A DNA stretch of 64,000 nucleotides, from the NCBI GenBank assembly GCA_964016885.1, contig OZ024743.1, positions 312,046,001 to 312,110,000 of the forward strand, in the 5' to 3' direction. The notes under the pieces were generated by a model, which saw nothing but the letters and a program-made list of their open reading frames with translations, did no database searches and was not told where the DNA came from. Positions within the stretch are counted from its first letter, which is position 1. Every line of letters starts with the position of its first letter. Shown in pieces: positions 42,001-57,000 of this stretch. A program made the position numbers and the translations under genes. The stretch is from Eledone cirrhosa. Its lineage: Eukaryota.

Positions 42001-45000
42001 TAAAGTGGTCTTGTTGGTATCACAACAAAAGAGTCTAGTCCACTCTGTAAAGTGGTCATGTTGGTGCCACAACAAAAGAGTCTAGTCCACCCAGTAAAGT
42101 GATCACATTGGTGTCACAACAAGAGTCTAGTCCACCCTGTAAAGTGGTCATGTTGGTGTCACAACAAAAGAGACTAGTCCACCCTGTAAAGTGGTCATGT
42201 TGGTGCAACAACAAAAGAGTCTAGTCCACCCTGTAAAGTGATCATGTTGGTGCCACAACAAAAGAATCTAGTCCACCCTGTAAAGTGGTCATGTTGGTTT
42301 CACAACAAAAGAGTCTAGTCCACCCTGTAAAGTGATCACATTGGTGCCACAACAAAAGAGTCTAGTCCACCATGTAAAGTGGTCATGTTGGTTTCACAAC
42401 CAAAGAGTCTAGTCCACCCTGTAAAGTGGTCATGTTGGTGCCACAACAAAAGAGTCTAGTCCACCCTGTAAAGTGGTAATGTTGGTGTCACAACAAAAGA
42501 CTCTAGTCCACCCTGTAAAGTGATCACATTGGTGCCACAACAAAAGAGTCTAGTCCACCCTGTAAAGTGGTCATGTTGGTGCCACAACAAAAGAGTCTAG
42601 TCCACCCTGTAAAGTGGTCATGTTGGTGCCACAACAAAAGAATCTAGTCCACCCTGTAAAGTGGTCATGTTGGTGCCACAACAAAAGAGTCTAGTCCACC
42701 CTGTAAAGTGGTCATGTTGGTGTCCCAACAAAAGAGTCTAGTCCACCCTGTAAAGTGGTCATGTTGGTGCCACAACAAAAGAGTCTAGTCCACCCTGTAA
42801 AGTGATCACATTTGTGCCACAGCAAAAGAGTCTAGTCCACCCTGTAAAGTGATCACGTTGGTGCCACAACAAAAGAGTCTAGTCCTCCCAGTAAAGTGAT
42901 CACATTGGTGTCACAACAAAAGAGTCTAGTCCAACCTGTAAAGTGGTCATGTTGGTGTCACAACAAAAGAGTCTAGTCCACCCTGTAAAGTGGTCATGTT
43001 GGTGCCACAACAAAAGAATCTAGTCCACCCTGTAAAGTGGTCATGTTGGTTTCACAACAAAAGAGTCTAGTTCACCCTGTAAAGTGATCACATTGGTGCC
43101 ACAACAAAAGAGTCTAGTCCACCCTGTAAAGTGGTCATGTTGGTGCAACAACAAAAGAGTCTAGTCCACCCTGTAAAGTGGTCATGTTCGTGCCACAACA
43201 AAAGAGTCTAGTCCACCCTGTAAAGTGGTAATGTTGGCGCCACAACAAAAGAGTCTAGTCCACCCAGTAAAGTGATCACATTGGTGTCACAACAAAAGAG
43301 TCTAGTCCAACCTGTAAAGTGGTCATGTTGGTGTCACAACAAAAGAGTCTAGTCCACCCTGTAAAGTGGTCATGTTGGTGCAACAACAAAAGAGTCTAGT
43401 CCACCCTGTAAAGTGGTCATGCTGGTGCCACAACAAATGAATCTAGTCCACCCTGTAAAGTGATCACATTGGTGCCACAACAAAAGAATCTAGTCCACCC
43501 TGTAAAGTGGTCATGTTGGTGCCACAACAAATGAGTCTATTTCAACCTGTAAAGTGATCACGTTGGTGTCACAACAAAAGAGTCTAGTCCACCCTGTAAA
43601 GTGGTCATGTTGGTGTCACAAGAAAAGAGTCTAGTCCACCCTGTAAAGTGGTCATGTTGGTGCCACAACAAAAGAGTCTAGTCCACCCTGTAAAGTGGTC
43701 AGGTTGGTGCCACAACAAAAGAGTCTAGTCCACCCTGTAAAGGGGTCATGTTGGTTCCACAACAAAAGAGTCTAGTCCACCGTGTAAAGTGGTTATGTTG
43801 GTGTCACAACAAAAGAGTCTAGTCCACCCTGTAAAGTGGTAATGTTGGTGTCACAACATAAGACTTTAGTCCACCCTGTAAAGTGATCACATTGGTGCCA
43901 CAACAAAAGAGTCTAGTCCACCCTGTAAAGTGGTCATGTTGGTGCCACAACATAAGAGTCTAGTCCACCCTGTAAAGTGGTCATGTTGGTGCAACAACAA
44001 AAGAATCTAGTCCACCCTGTAAAGTGGTCATGTTAGTTTCACAACAAAAGAGTCTATTTCACCCTGTAAAGTGGTCATGTTGGTGCCACAACAAAAGAGT
44101 CTAGTCCACCCTATAAAGTGGTCATGTTGGTGCCACAACAAAATAGTCTAGTCCACCCTATAAAGTGATCACATTTGTGCCACAGCAAAAGAGTCTAGTC
44201 CACCCTGTAAAGTGGTCATGTTGGTGCCACAACAAAAGAGTCTAGTCCACCCTGTAAAGTGGTCATGTTGGTGCCACAACATAAGAGTCTAGTCCACCCT
44301 GTAAAGTGGTCATGTTGGTGCAACAACAAAAGAGTCTAGTCCACCCTATTAAGTGGTCATGTTGGTGCCACAACAAAATAGTCTAGTCCACCCTGTAAAG
44401 TGATCACATTTGTGCCACAGCAAAAGAGTCTAGTCCACCCTGTAAAGTGATCACATTGGTGCCACAACAAAAGAGTCTAGTCCATCCTGTAAAGTGGTCA
44501 TGTTGGTGCCACAACAAAAGAGTCTAGTCCACCCTGTAAAGTGGTCTTGTTGGTATCACAACAAAAGAGTCTAGTCCACTCTGTAAAGTGGTCATGTTGG
44601 TGCCACAACAAAAGAGTCTAGTCCACCCAGTAAAGTGATCACATTGGTGTCACAACAAGAGTCTAGTCCACCCTGAAAAGTGGTCATGTTGGTGTCACAA
44701 CAAAAGAGACTAGTCCACCCTGTAAAGTGGTCATGTTGGTGTCACAACAAAAGAGTCTAGTCCATCTTGCAAAGCGGTCATGTTGGTTCCACAACAAAAG
44801 AGTCTAGTCCACCCTGTAAAGTGGTCATGTTGGTGCCACAACAAAAGAATCTAGTCCACCCTGTAAAGTGGTCATGTTGGTTTCACAACAGAAGAGTCTA
44901 GTCCACCCTGTAAAGTGATCACATTGGTGCCACAACAAAAGAGTCTAGTCCACCCTGTAAAGTGGTCATGTTGGTGCCACAACAAAAGAGTCTAGTCCAC

Positions 45001-48000
45001 CCTGTAAAGTGGTCATGTTGGTGCCACAACATAAGAGTCTAGTCCACCCTGTAAAGTGGTCATGTTGGTGCAACAACAAAAGAGTCTAGTCCACCCTATT
45101 AAGTGGTCATGTTGGTGCCACAACAAAATAGTCTAGTCCACCCTGTAAAGTGATCACATTTGTGCCACAGCAAAAGAGTCTAGTCCACCCTGTAAAGTGA
45201 TCACATTGGTGCCACAACAAAAGAGTCTAGTCCATCCTGTAAAGTGGTCATGTTGGTGCCACAACAAAAGAGTCTAGTCCACCCTGTAAAGTGGTCTTGT
45301 TGGTATCACAACAAAAGAGTCTAGTCCACTCTGTAAAGTGGTCATGTTGGTGCCACAACAAAAGAGTCTAGTCCACCCAGTAAAGTGATCACATTGGTGT
45401 CACAACAAGAGTCTAGTCCACCCTGTAAAATGGTCATGTTGGTGTCACAACAAAAGAGACTAGTCCACCCTGTAAAGTGGTCATGTTGGTGCAACAACAA
45501 AAGAGTCTCGTCCACCCTGTAAAGTGGTCATGTTGGTGCCACAACAAAAGAATCTAGTCCACCCTGTAAAGTGGTCATGTTGGTGCCACAACAAAAGAGT
45601 CTAGTCCACCCTGTAAAGTGGTCATGTTGGTGCCACAACAAAAGAATCTAGTCCACCCTGTAAAGTGGTCATTTTGGTGCCACAACAAAAGAGTCTAGTC
45701 CACCCTGTAAAGTAGTCATGTTGGTGCCCCAACAAAAGAGTCTAGTCCACCCTGTAAAGTGGTCATGTTGGTGCCACAACAAAAGAGTCTAGTCCACCCT
45801 GTAAAGTGATCACATTTGTGCCACAGCAAAAGAGTCTAGTCCACCCTGTAAAGTGATCACGTTGGTCCTACAACAAAAGAGTCTAGTCCACCCTGTAAAG
45901 TGGTCATGTTGGTTCCACAACAAATGAGTCTATTTCAACCTGTAAAGTGATCACATTGGTGTCACAACAAAAGAGTCTAGTCCACCCTGTAAAGTGGTCG
46001 TGTTGGTGTCACAACAAAAGAGTCTAGTCCACCCTGTAAAGTGGTCATGTTGGTGCCACAACAAAAGAGTCTAGTCCACCCTGTAAAGTGGTCATGTTGG
46101 TGCCACAACAAAAGAGTCTAGTCCACCCTGTAAAGTGGTCATGTTGGTGCCACAACAAAAGAGACTAGTCCACCCTGAAAAGTGGTCATGTTGGTGTCAC
46201 AACAAAAGAGTCTAGTCCACCCTGTAAAGTGGTAACGTTGGTGTCACAACAAAAGTCTGTAGTCCACCCTGTAAAGTGATCACATTGGTGCCACAACAAA
46301 AGAGTCTAGTCCACCCTGTAAAGTGGTCATGTTGGGGCCACAACAAAAGAGTCTTGTGCACCCTGTAAAGTGGTCATGTTGGTGACACAACAAAAGAGTC
46401 TAGTCCACCCTGTAAAGTAGTCATGTTGGTGCCACAACAAAAGAGTCTATTTCACCCTGTAAAGTGGTCATGTTGGTGCCACAACAAAAGAGTCTAGTCC
46501 ACCCTGTAAATTGGTCATGTTGGTGTCACAACAAAAGAGTCTAGTCCACCCTGTAAAGTTGTCATGTTGGTGCCACAACAAAAGAGTCTAGTCCACCCTG
46601 TAAAGTGGTCATGTTGATGTCACAACAAAAGAGTCTAGTCCACCCTGTAAAGTGGTCATGTTGGTGCCACAACAAAAGAATCTAGTCCACCCTGTAAAGT
46701 GGTCATGTTGGTTTCACAACAGAAGAGTCTAGTCCACCCTGTAAAGTGATCACATTGGTGCCACAACAAAAGAGTCTAGTCCACCCTGTAAAGTGGTCAT
46801 GTTGGTGCCACAACAAAAGAGTCTAGTCCACCCTGTAAAGTGGTCATGTTGGTTCCACAACAAAAGAGTCTAGTCCACCCTGTAAAGGGGTCATGTTGGT
46901 GCCACAACAAAAGAGTCTAGTCCACCCTGTAAAGTGGTCATGTTGGTGTCACAACAAAAGAGTCTAGTCCACCCTGTAAAGTGGTAATGTTGGTGTCACA
47001 ACAAAAGACTCTAGTCCACCCTGTAAAGTGATCACATTGGTGCCACAACAAAAGAGTCTAGTCCACCCTGTAAAGTGGTCATGTTGGTGCCACAACATAA
47101 GAGTCTAGTCCACCCTGTAAAGTGGTCATGTTGGTGCAACAACAAAAGAATCTAGTCCACCCTGTAAAGTGGTCATGTTAGTTTCACAACAAAAGAGTCT
47201 AGTCCACACTGTAAAGTGGTCATGTTGGTGCCACAACAAAAGAGTCTAGTCCACCCTATAAAGTGGTCATGTTGGTGCCACAACAAAATAGTTTAGTCCA
47301 CCCTGTAAAGTGATCACATTTGTGCCACAGAAAAAGAGTCTAGTCCACCCTGTAAAGTGATCACATTCGTGCCACAACAAAAGAGTCTAGTCCATCCTGT
47401 AAAGTGGTCATGTTGGTGCCACAACAAAAGAGTCTAGTCCACCCTGTAAAGTGGTCTTGTTTGTATCACAACAAAAGAGTCTAGTCCACCCTGTAAAGTG
47501 GTCATGTTGGTGTCACAACAAAAGAGTCTAGTCCACCCTGTAAAGTGGTCATGTTGGTGCCACAACAAAAGAGTCTAGTCCACCCAGTAAAGTGATCACA
47601 TTGGTGTCACAACAAAAGAGTCTAGTCCAACCTGTAAAGTGGTCATGTTGGTGTCACAACAAAAGAGTCTAGTCCACTCTGTAAATTGGTCATGTTGGTG
47701 CAACAACAAAAGAGTCTAGTCCACCCTGTAAAGTGGTCATGCTGGTGCCACAACAAAAGAATCTAGTCCACCCTGTAAAGTGGTCATGTTGGTTTCACAA
47801 CAAAATAGTCTAGTCCACCCTGTAAAGTGATCACATTGGTGCCACAACAAAAGAGTCTAGTCCACCCTGTAAAGTGGTCATGTTGGTGCCACAACAAAAG
47901 AATCTAGTCCACCCTGTAAAGTGGTCATGTGTGTGCCACAACAAAAGAGTCTAGTCCACCCTGTAAAGTGGTCATGTTGGTGCCACAACAAAAGAGTCTA

Positions 48001-51000
48001 GTCCACCCTGTAAAGTGGTCATGTTGGTGCCACAACAAAAGAGTCTAGTCCACCCTGTAAAGTGATCACATTTGTGCCACAGCAAAAGAGTCTAGTCCAC
48101 CCTGTAAAGTGATCACATTGGTGCCACAACAAAAGAATCTAGTCCACCCTGTAAAGTGGTCATATTGGTGCCACAACAAATGAGTCTATTTCAACCTGTA
48201 AAGTGATCACGTTGGTGTCACAGCAAAAGAGTCTAGTCCACCCTGTAAAGTGGTCATGTTGGTGTCACAAGAAAAGAGTCTAGTCCACCCTGTAAAGTGG
48301 TCATGTTGGTTCCACAGCAAAAGAGTCTAGTCCACCCTGTAAAGTGGTCATGTTGGTTTCACAACAGAAGAGTCTAGTCCACACTGTAAAGTGATCACAT
48401 TGGTGCCACAACAAAAGAGTCTAGTCCACCCTTTAAAGTGGTCATGTTGGTGCTACAACAAAAGAGTCTAGTCCACCCTGTAAAGTGGTCAGGTTGGTGC
48501 CACAACAAAAGAGTCTAGTCCACCCTGTAAAGGGGTCATGTTGGTGCCACAACAAAAGAGTCTAGTCCACCCTGTAAAGTGGTCATGTTGGTGTCACAAC
48601 AAAAGAGTCTAGTCCACCCTGTAAAGTGGTAATGTTGGTGTCACAACAAAAGACTCTAGTCCACCCTGTAAAGTGATCACATTGGTGCCACAACAAAAGA
48701 GTCTAGTCCACCCTGTAAAGTGGTCATGTTGGTGCCACAACATAAGAGTCTAGTCCACCCTGTAAAGTGGTCATGTTGGTGCAACAACAAAAGAATCTAG
48801 TCCACCCTGTAAAGTGGTCATGTTAGTTTCACAACAAAAGAGTCTAGTCCACACTGTAAAGTGGTCATGTTGGTGCCACAACAAAAGAGTCTAGTCCACC
48901 CTATAAAGTGGTCATGTTGGTGCCACAACAAAATAGTCTAGTCCACCCTGTAAAGTGATCACATTTGTGCCACAGCAAAAGAGTCTAGTCTACCCTGTAA
49001 AGTGATCACATTGGTGCCACAACAAAAGAGTCTAGTCCATCCTGTAAAGTGGTCATGCTGGTGCCACAACAAAAGAGTCTAGTCCACCCTGTAAAGTGGT
49101 CTTGTTGGTATCACAACAAAAGAGTCTAGTCCACTCTGTAAAGTGGTCATGTTGGTGCCACAACAAAAGAGTCTAGTCCACCCAGTAAAGTGATCACATT
49201 GGTGTCACAACAAGAGTCTAGTCCACCCTGTAAAGTGGTCATGTTGGTGTCACAACAAAAGAGACTAGTCCACCCTGTAAAGTGGTCATGTTGGTGTCAC
49301 AACAAAAGAGTCTAGTCCACCCTGTAAAGCGGTCATGTTGGTGCCACAACAAAAGAGTCTAGTCCACCCTGTAAAGTGGTCATGTTGGTGCCACAACAAA
49401 AGAGTCTAGTCCTCCCAGTAAAGTGATCACATTGGTGTCACAACAAAAGAGTCTAGTCCAACCTGTAAAGTGGTCATGTTGGTGTCACAACAAAAGAGTC
49501 TAGTCCACCCTGTAAAGTGGTCATGTTGGTGCCACAACAAAAGAATCTAGTCCACCCTGTAAAGTGGTCATGTTGGTTTCACAACAAAAGAGTCTAGTTC
49601 ACCCTGTAAAGTGATCACATTGGTGCCACAACAAAAGAGTCTAGTCCACCCTGTAAAGTGGTCATGTTGGTGCAACAACAAAAGAGTCTAGTCCACCCTG
49701 TAAAGTGGTAATGTTGGCGCCACAACAAAAGAGTCTAGTCCACCCAGTAAAGTGATCACATTGGTGTCACAACAAAAGAGTCTAGTCCAACCTGTAAAGT
49801 GGTCATGTTGGTGTCACAACAAAAGAGTCTAGTCCACCCTGTAAAGTGGTCATGTTGGTGCAACAACAAAAGAGTCTAGTCCACCCTGTAAAGTGGTCAT
49901 GCTGGTGCCACAACAAATGAATCTAGTCCACCCTGTAAAGTGATCACATTGGTGCCACAACAAAAGAATCTAGTCCACCCTGTAAAGTGGTCATGTTGGT
50001 GCCACAACAAATGAGTCTATTTCAACCTGTAAAGTGATCACGTTGGTGTCACAACAAAAGAGTCTAGTCCACCCTGTAAAGTGGTCATGTTGGTGTCACA
50101 AGAAAAGAGTCTAGTCCACCCTGTAAAGTGGTCATGTTGGTGCCACAACAAAAGAGTCTAGTCCACCCTGTAAAGTGGTCAGGTTGGTGCCACAACAAAA
50201 GAGTCTAGTCCACCCTGTAAAGGGGTCATGTTGGTTCCACAACAAAAGAGTCTAGTCCACCGTGTAAAGTGGTTATGTTGGTGTCACAACAAAAGAGTCT
50301 AGTCCACCCTGTAAAGTGGTAATGTTGGTGTCACAACATAAGACTTTAGTCCACCCTGTAAAGTGATCACATTGGTGCCACAACAAAAGAGTCTAGTCCA
50401 CCCTGTAAAGTGGTCATGTTGGTGCCACAACATAAGAGTCTAGTCCACCCTGTAAAGTGGTCATGTTGGTGCAACAACAAAAGAATCTAGTCCACCCTGT
50501 AAAGTGGTCATGTTAGTTTCACAACAAAAGAGTCTATTTCACCCTGTAAAGTGGTCATGTTGGTGCCACAACAAAAGAGTCTAGTCCACCCTATAAAGTG
50601 GTCATGTTGGTGCCACAACAAAATAGTCTAGTCCACCCTATAAAGTGATCACATTTGTGCCACAGCAAAAGAGTCTAGTCCACCCTGTAAAGTGATCACA
50701 TTGGTGCCACAACAAAAGAATCTAGTCCACCCTGTAAAGTGGTCATATTGGTGCCACAACAAATGAGTCTATTTCAACCTGTAAAGTGATCACGTTGGTG
50801 TCACAGCAAAAGAGTCTAGTCCACCCTGTAAAGTGGTCATGTTGGTGTCACAAGAAAAGAGTCTAGTCCACCCTGTAAAGTGGTCATGTTGGTTCCACAG
50901 CAAAAGAGTCTAGTCCACCCTGTAAAGTGGTCATGTTGGTTTCACAACAGAAGAGTCTAGTCCACACTGTAAAGTGATCACATTGGTGCCACAACAAAAG

Positions 51001-54000
51001 AGTCTAGTCCACCCTTTAAAGTGGTCATGTTGGTGCTACAACAAAAGAGTCTAGTCCACCCTGTAAAGTGGTCAGGTTGGTGCCACAACAAAAGAGTCTA
51101 GTCCACCCTGTAAAGGGGTCATGTTGGTGCCACAACAAAAGAGTCTAGTCCACCCTGTAAAGTGGTCATGTTGGTGTCACAACAAAAGAGTCTAGTCCAC
51201 CCTGTAAAGTGGTAATGTTGGTGTCACAACAAAAGACTCTAGTCCACCCTGTAAAGTGATCACATTGGTGCCACAACAAAAGAGTCTAGTCCACCCTGTA
51301 AAGTGGTCATGTTGGTGCCACAACATAAGAGTCTAGTCCACCCTGTAAAGTGGTCATGTTGGTGCAACAACAAAAGAATCTAGTCCACCCTGTAAAGTGG
51401 TCATGTTAGTTTCACAACAAAAGAGTCTAGTCCACACTGTAAAGTGGTCATGTTGGTGCCACAACAAAAGAGTCTAGTCCACCCTATAAAGTGGTCATGT
51501 TGGTGCCACAACAAAATAGTCTAGTCCACCCTGTAAAGTGATCACATTTGTGCCACAGCAAAAGAGTCTAGTCCACCCTGTAAAGTGATCACATTGGTGC
51601 CACAACAAAAGAGTCTAGTCCATCCTGTAAAGTGGTCATGTTGGTGCCACAACAAAAGAGTCTAGTCCACCCTGTAAAGTGGTCTTGTTGGTATCACAAC
51701 AAAAGAGTCTAGTCCACTCTGTAAAGTGGTCATGTTGGTGCCACAACAAAAGAGTCTAGTCCACCCAGTAAAGTGATCACATTGGTGTCACAACAAGAGT
51801 CTAGTCCACCCTGTAAAGTGGTCATGTTGGTGTCACAACAAAAGAGACTAGTCCACCCTGTAAAGTGGTCATGTTGGTGCAACAACAAAAGAGTCTAGTC
51901 CACCCTGTAAAGTGATCATGTTGGTGCCACAACAAAAGAATCTAGTCCACCCTGTAAAGTGGTCATGTTGGTTTCACAACAAAAGAGTCTAGTCCACCCT
52001 GTAAAGTGATCACATTGGTGCCACAACAAAAGAGTCTAGTCCACCATGTAAAGTGGTCATGTTGGTTTCACAACCAAAGAGTCTAGTCCACCCTGTAAAG
52101 TGGTCATGTTGGTGCCACAACAAAAGAGTCTAGTCCACCCTGTAAAGTGGTAATGTTGGTGTCACAACAAAAGACTCTAGTCCACCCTGTAAAGTGATCA
52201 CATTGGTGCCACAACAAAAGAGTCTAGTCCACCCTGTAAAGTGGTCATGTTGGTGCCACAACAAAAGAGTCTAGTCCACCCTGTAAAGTGGTCATGTTGG
52301 TGCCACAACAAAAGAATCTAGTCCACCCTGTAAAGTGGTCATGTTGGTGCCACAACAAAAGAGTCTAGTCCACCCTGTAAAGTGGTCATGTTGGTGTCCC
52401 AACAAAAGAGTCTAGTCCACCCTGTAAAGTGGTCATGTTGGTGCCACAACAAAAGAGTCTAGTCCTCCCAGTAAAGTGATCACATTGGTGTCACAACAAA
52501 AGAGTCTAGTCCAACCTGTAAAGTGGTCATGTTGGTGTCACAACAAAAGAGTCTAGTCCACCCTGTAAAGTGGTCATGTTGGTGCCACAACAAAAGAATC
52601 TAGTCCACCCTGTAAAGTGGTCATGTTGGTTTCACAACAAAAGAGTCTAGTTCACCCTGTAAAGTGATCACATTGGTGCCACAACAAAAGAGTCTAGTCC
52701 ACCCTGTAAAGTGGTCATGTTGGTGCAACAACAAAAGAGTCTAGTCCACCCTGTAAAGTGGTCATGTTCGTGCCACAACAAAAGAGTCTAGTCCACCCTG
52801 TAAAGTGGTAATGTTGGCGCCACAACAAAAGAGTCTAGTCCACCCAGTAAAGTGATCACATTGGTGTCACAACAAAAGAGTCTAGTCCAACCTGTAAAGT
52901 GGTCATGTTGGTGTCACAACAAAAGAGTCTAGTCCACCCTGTAAAGTGGTCATGTTGGTGCAACAACAAAAGAGTCTAGTCCACCCTGTAAAGTGGTCAT
53001 GCTGGTGCCACAACAAATGAATCTAGTCCACCCTGTAAAGTGATCACATTGGTGCCACAACAAAAGAATCTAGTCCACCCTGTAAAGTGGTCATGTTGGT
53101 GCCACAACAAATGAGTCTATTTCAACCTGTAAAGTGATCACGTTGGTGTCACAACAAAAGAGTCTAGTCCACCCTGTAAAGTGGTCATGTTGGTGTCACA
53201 AGAAAAGAGTCTAGTCCACCCTGTAAAGTGGTCATGTTGGTGCCACAACAAAAGAGTCTAGTCCACCCTGTAAAGTGGTCAGGTTGGTGCCACAACAAAA
53301 GAGTCTAGTCCACCCTGTAAAGGGGTCATGTTGGTTCCACAACAAAAGAGTCTAGTCCACCCTGTAAAGTGGTTATGTTGGTGTCACAACAAAAGAGTCT
53401 AGTCCACCCTGTAAAGTGGTAATGTTGGTGTCACAACATAAGACTTTAGTCCACCCTGTAAAGTGATCACATTGGTGCCACAACAAAAGAGTCTAGTCCA
53501 CCCTGTAAAGTGGTCATGTTGGTGCCACAACATAAGAGTCTAGTCCACCCTGTAAAGTGGTCATGTTGGTGCAACAACAAAAGAATCTAGTCCACCCTGT
53601 AAAGTGGTCATGTTAGTTTCACAACAAAAGAGTCTAGTCCACCCTGTAAAGTGGTCATGTTGGTGCCACAACAAAAGAGTCTAGTCCACCCTATAAAGTG
53701 GTCATGTTGGTGCCACAACAAAATAGTCTAGTCCACCCTATAAAGTGATCACATTTGTGCCACAGCAAAAGAGTCTAGTCCACCCTGTAAAGTGATCACA
53801 TTGGTGCCACAACAAAAGAGTCTAGTCCATCCTGTAAAGTGGTCATGTTGGTGCCACAACAAAAGAGTCTAGTCCACCCTGTAAAGTGGTCTTGTTGGCA
53901 TCACAACAAAAGAATCTAGTCCACCCTGTAAAGTGGTCATGTTGGTGCCACAACAAAAGAGTCTAGTCCACCCAGTAAAGTGATCACATTGGTGTCACAA

Positions 54001-57000
54001 CAAGAGTCTAGTCCACCCGGTAAAGTGGTCATGTTGGTGTCACAACAAAAGAGACTAGTCCACCCTGTAAAGTGGTCATGTTGGTGTCACAACAAAAGAG
54101 TCTAGTCCACCCTGTAAAGCGGTCATGTTGGTGCCACAACAAAAGAGTCTAGTCCACCCTGTAAAGTGGTCATGTTGGTGCCACAACAAAAGAATCTAGT
54201 CCACCCTGTAAAGTGGTCATGTTGGTTTCACAACAGAAGAGTCTAGTCCACCCTGTAAAGTGATCACATTGGTGCCACAACAAAAGAGTCTAGTCCACCC
54301 TGTAAAGTGGTCATGTTGGTGCCACAACAAAAGAGTCTAGTCCACCCTGTAAAGTGGTCATGTTGGTGCCACAACAAAAGAGTCTAGTCCACCCTGTAAA
54401 GGGGTCATGTTGGTGCCACAACAAAAGAGTCTAGTCCACCCTGTAAAGTGGTCATGTTGGTGTCACAACAAAAAAGTCTAGTCCACCCTGTAAAGTGGTA
54501 ATGTTGGTGTCACAACAAAAGACTCTAGTCCACCCTGTAAAGTGATCACATTGGTGCCACAACAAAAGAGTCTAGTCCACCCTGTAAAGTGGTCATGTTG
54601 GTGCAACAACAAAAGAATCTAGTCCACCCTGTAAAGTGGTCATGTTAGTTTCACAACAAAAGAGTCTAGTCCACACTGTAAAGTGGTCATGTTGGTGCCA
54701 CAACAAAAGAGTCTAGTCCACCCTATAAAGTGGTCATGTTGGTGCCACAACAAAAGAGTCTAGTCCACCCTGTAAAGTGGTAATGTTGGTGTCACAACAT
54801 AAGACTCTAGTCCACCCTGTAAAGTGATCACATTGGTGCCACAACAAAAGAGTCTAGTCCACCCTGTAAAGTGGTCATGTTGGTGCCACAACATAAGAGT
54901 CTAGTCCACCCTGTAAAGTGGTCATGTTGGTGCAACAACAAAAGAATCTAGTCCACCCTGTAAAGTGGTCATGTTAGTTTCACAACAAAAGAGTCTAGTC
55001 CACCCTGTAAAGTGGTCATGTTGGTGCCACAACAAAAGAGTCTAGTCCACCCTATAAAGTGGTCATGTTGGTGCCACAACAAAATAGTCTAGTCCACCCT
55101 ATAAAGTGATCACATTTGTGCCACAGCAAAAGAGTCTAGTCCACCCTGTAAAGTGATCACATTGGTGCCACAACAAAAGAGTCTAGTCCATCCTGTAAAG
55201 TGGTCATGTTGGTGCCACAACAAAAGAGTCTAGTCCACCCTGTAAAGTGGTCTTGTTGGCATCACAACAAAAGAATCTAGTCCACCCTGTAAAGTGGTCA
55301 TGTTGGTGCCACAACAAAAGAGTCTAGTCCACCCAGTAAAGTGATCACATTGGTGTCACAACAAGAGTCTAGTCCACCCTGTAAAGTGGTCATGTTGGTG
55401 TCACAACAAAAGAGACTAGTCCACCCTGTAAAGTGGTCATGTTGGTGTCACAACAAAAGAGTCTAGTCCACCCTGTAAAGCGGTCATGTTGGTGCCACAA
55501 CAAAAGAGTCTAGTCCACCCTGTAAAGTGGTCATGTTGGTGCCACAACAAAAGAATCTAGTCCACCCTGTAAAGTGGTCATGTTGGTTTCACAACAGAAG
55601 AGTCTAGTCCACCCTGTAAAGTGATCACATTGGTGCCACAACAAAAGAGTCTAGTCGACCCTGTAAAGTGGTCATGTTGGTGCCACAACAAAAGAGTCTA
55701 GTCCACCCTGTAAAGTGGTCATGTTGGTGCCACAACAAAAGAGTCTAGTCCACCCTGTAAAGTGGTCTTGTTGGCATCACAACAAAAGAATCTAGTCCAC
55801 CCTGTAAAGTGGTCATGTTGGTGCCACAACAAAAGAGTCTAGTCCACCCAGTAAAGTGATCACATTGGTGTCACAACAAGAGTCTAGTCCACCCTGTAAA
55901 GTGGTCATGTTGGTGTCACAACAAAAGAGACAAGTCCACCCTGTAAAGTGGTCATGTTGGTGTCACAACAAAAGAGTCTAGTCCACCCTGTAAAGCGGTC
56001 ATGTTGGTGCCACAACAAAAGAGTCTAGTCCACCCTGTAAAGTGGTCATGTTGGTGCCACAACAAAAGAATCTAGTCCACCCTGTAAAGTGGTCATGTTG
56101 GTTTCACAACAGAAGAGTCTAGTCCACCCTGTAAAGTGATCACATTGGTGCCACAACAAAAGAGTCTAGTCCACCCTGTAAAGTGGTCATGTTGGTGCCA
56201 CAACAAAAGAGTCTAGTCCACCCTGTAAAGTGGTCATGTTGGTGCCACAACAAAAGAGTCTAGTCCACCCTGTAAAGGGGTCATGTTGGTGCCACAACAA
56301 AAGAGTCTAGTCCACCCTGTAAAGTGGTCATGTTGGTGTCACAACAAAAGAGTCTAGTCCACCCTGTAAAGTGGTAATGTTGGTGTCACAACAAAAGACT
56401 CTAGTCCACCCTGTAAAGTGATCACATTGGTGCCACAACAAAAGAGTCTAGTCCACTCTGTAAAGTGGTCATGTTGGTGCAACAACAAAAGAATCTAGTC
56501 CACCCTGTAAAGTGGTCATGTTAGTTTCACAACAAAAGAGTCTAGTCCACACTGTAAAGTGGTCATGTTGGTGCCACAACAAAAGAGTCTAGTCCACCCT
56601 ATAAAGTGGTCATGTTGGTGCCACAACAAAATAGTCTAGTCCACCCTGTAAAGTGATCACATTTGTGCCACAGCAAAAGAGTCTCGTCCACCCTGTAAAG
56701 TGATCACATTGGTGCCACAACAAAAGAGTCTAGTCCATCCTGTAAAGTGGTCATGTTGGTGCCACAACAAAAGAGTCTAGTCCACCCTGTAAAGTGGTCT
56801 TGTTGGTATCACAACAAAAGAGTCTAGTCCACTCTGTAAAGTGGTCATGTTGGTGCCACAACAAAAGAGTCTAGTCCACCCAGTAAAGTGATCACATTGG
56901 TGTCACAACAAGAGTCTAGTCCACCCTGTAAAGTGGTCATGTTGGTGTCACAACAAAAGAGACTAGTCCACCCTGTAAAGTGGTCATGTTGGTGCAACAA

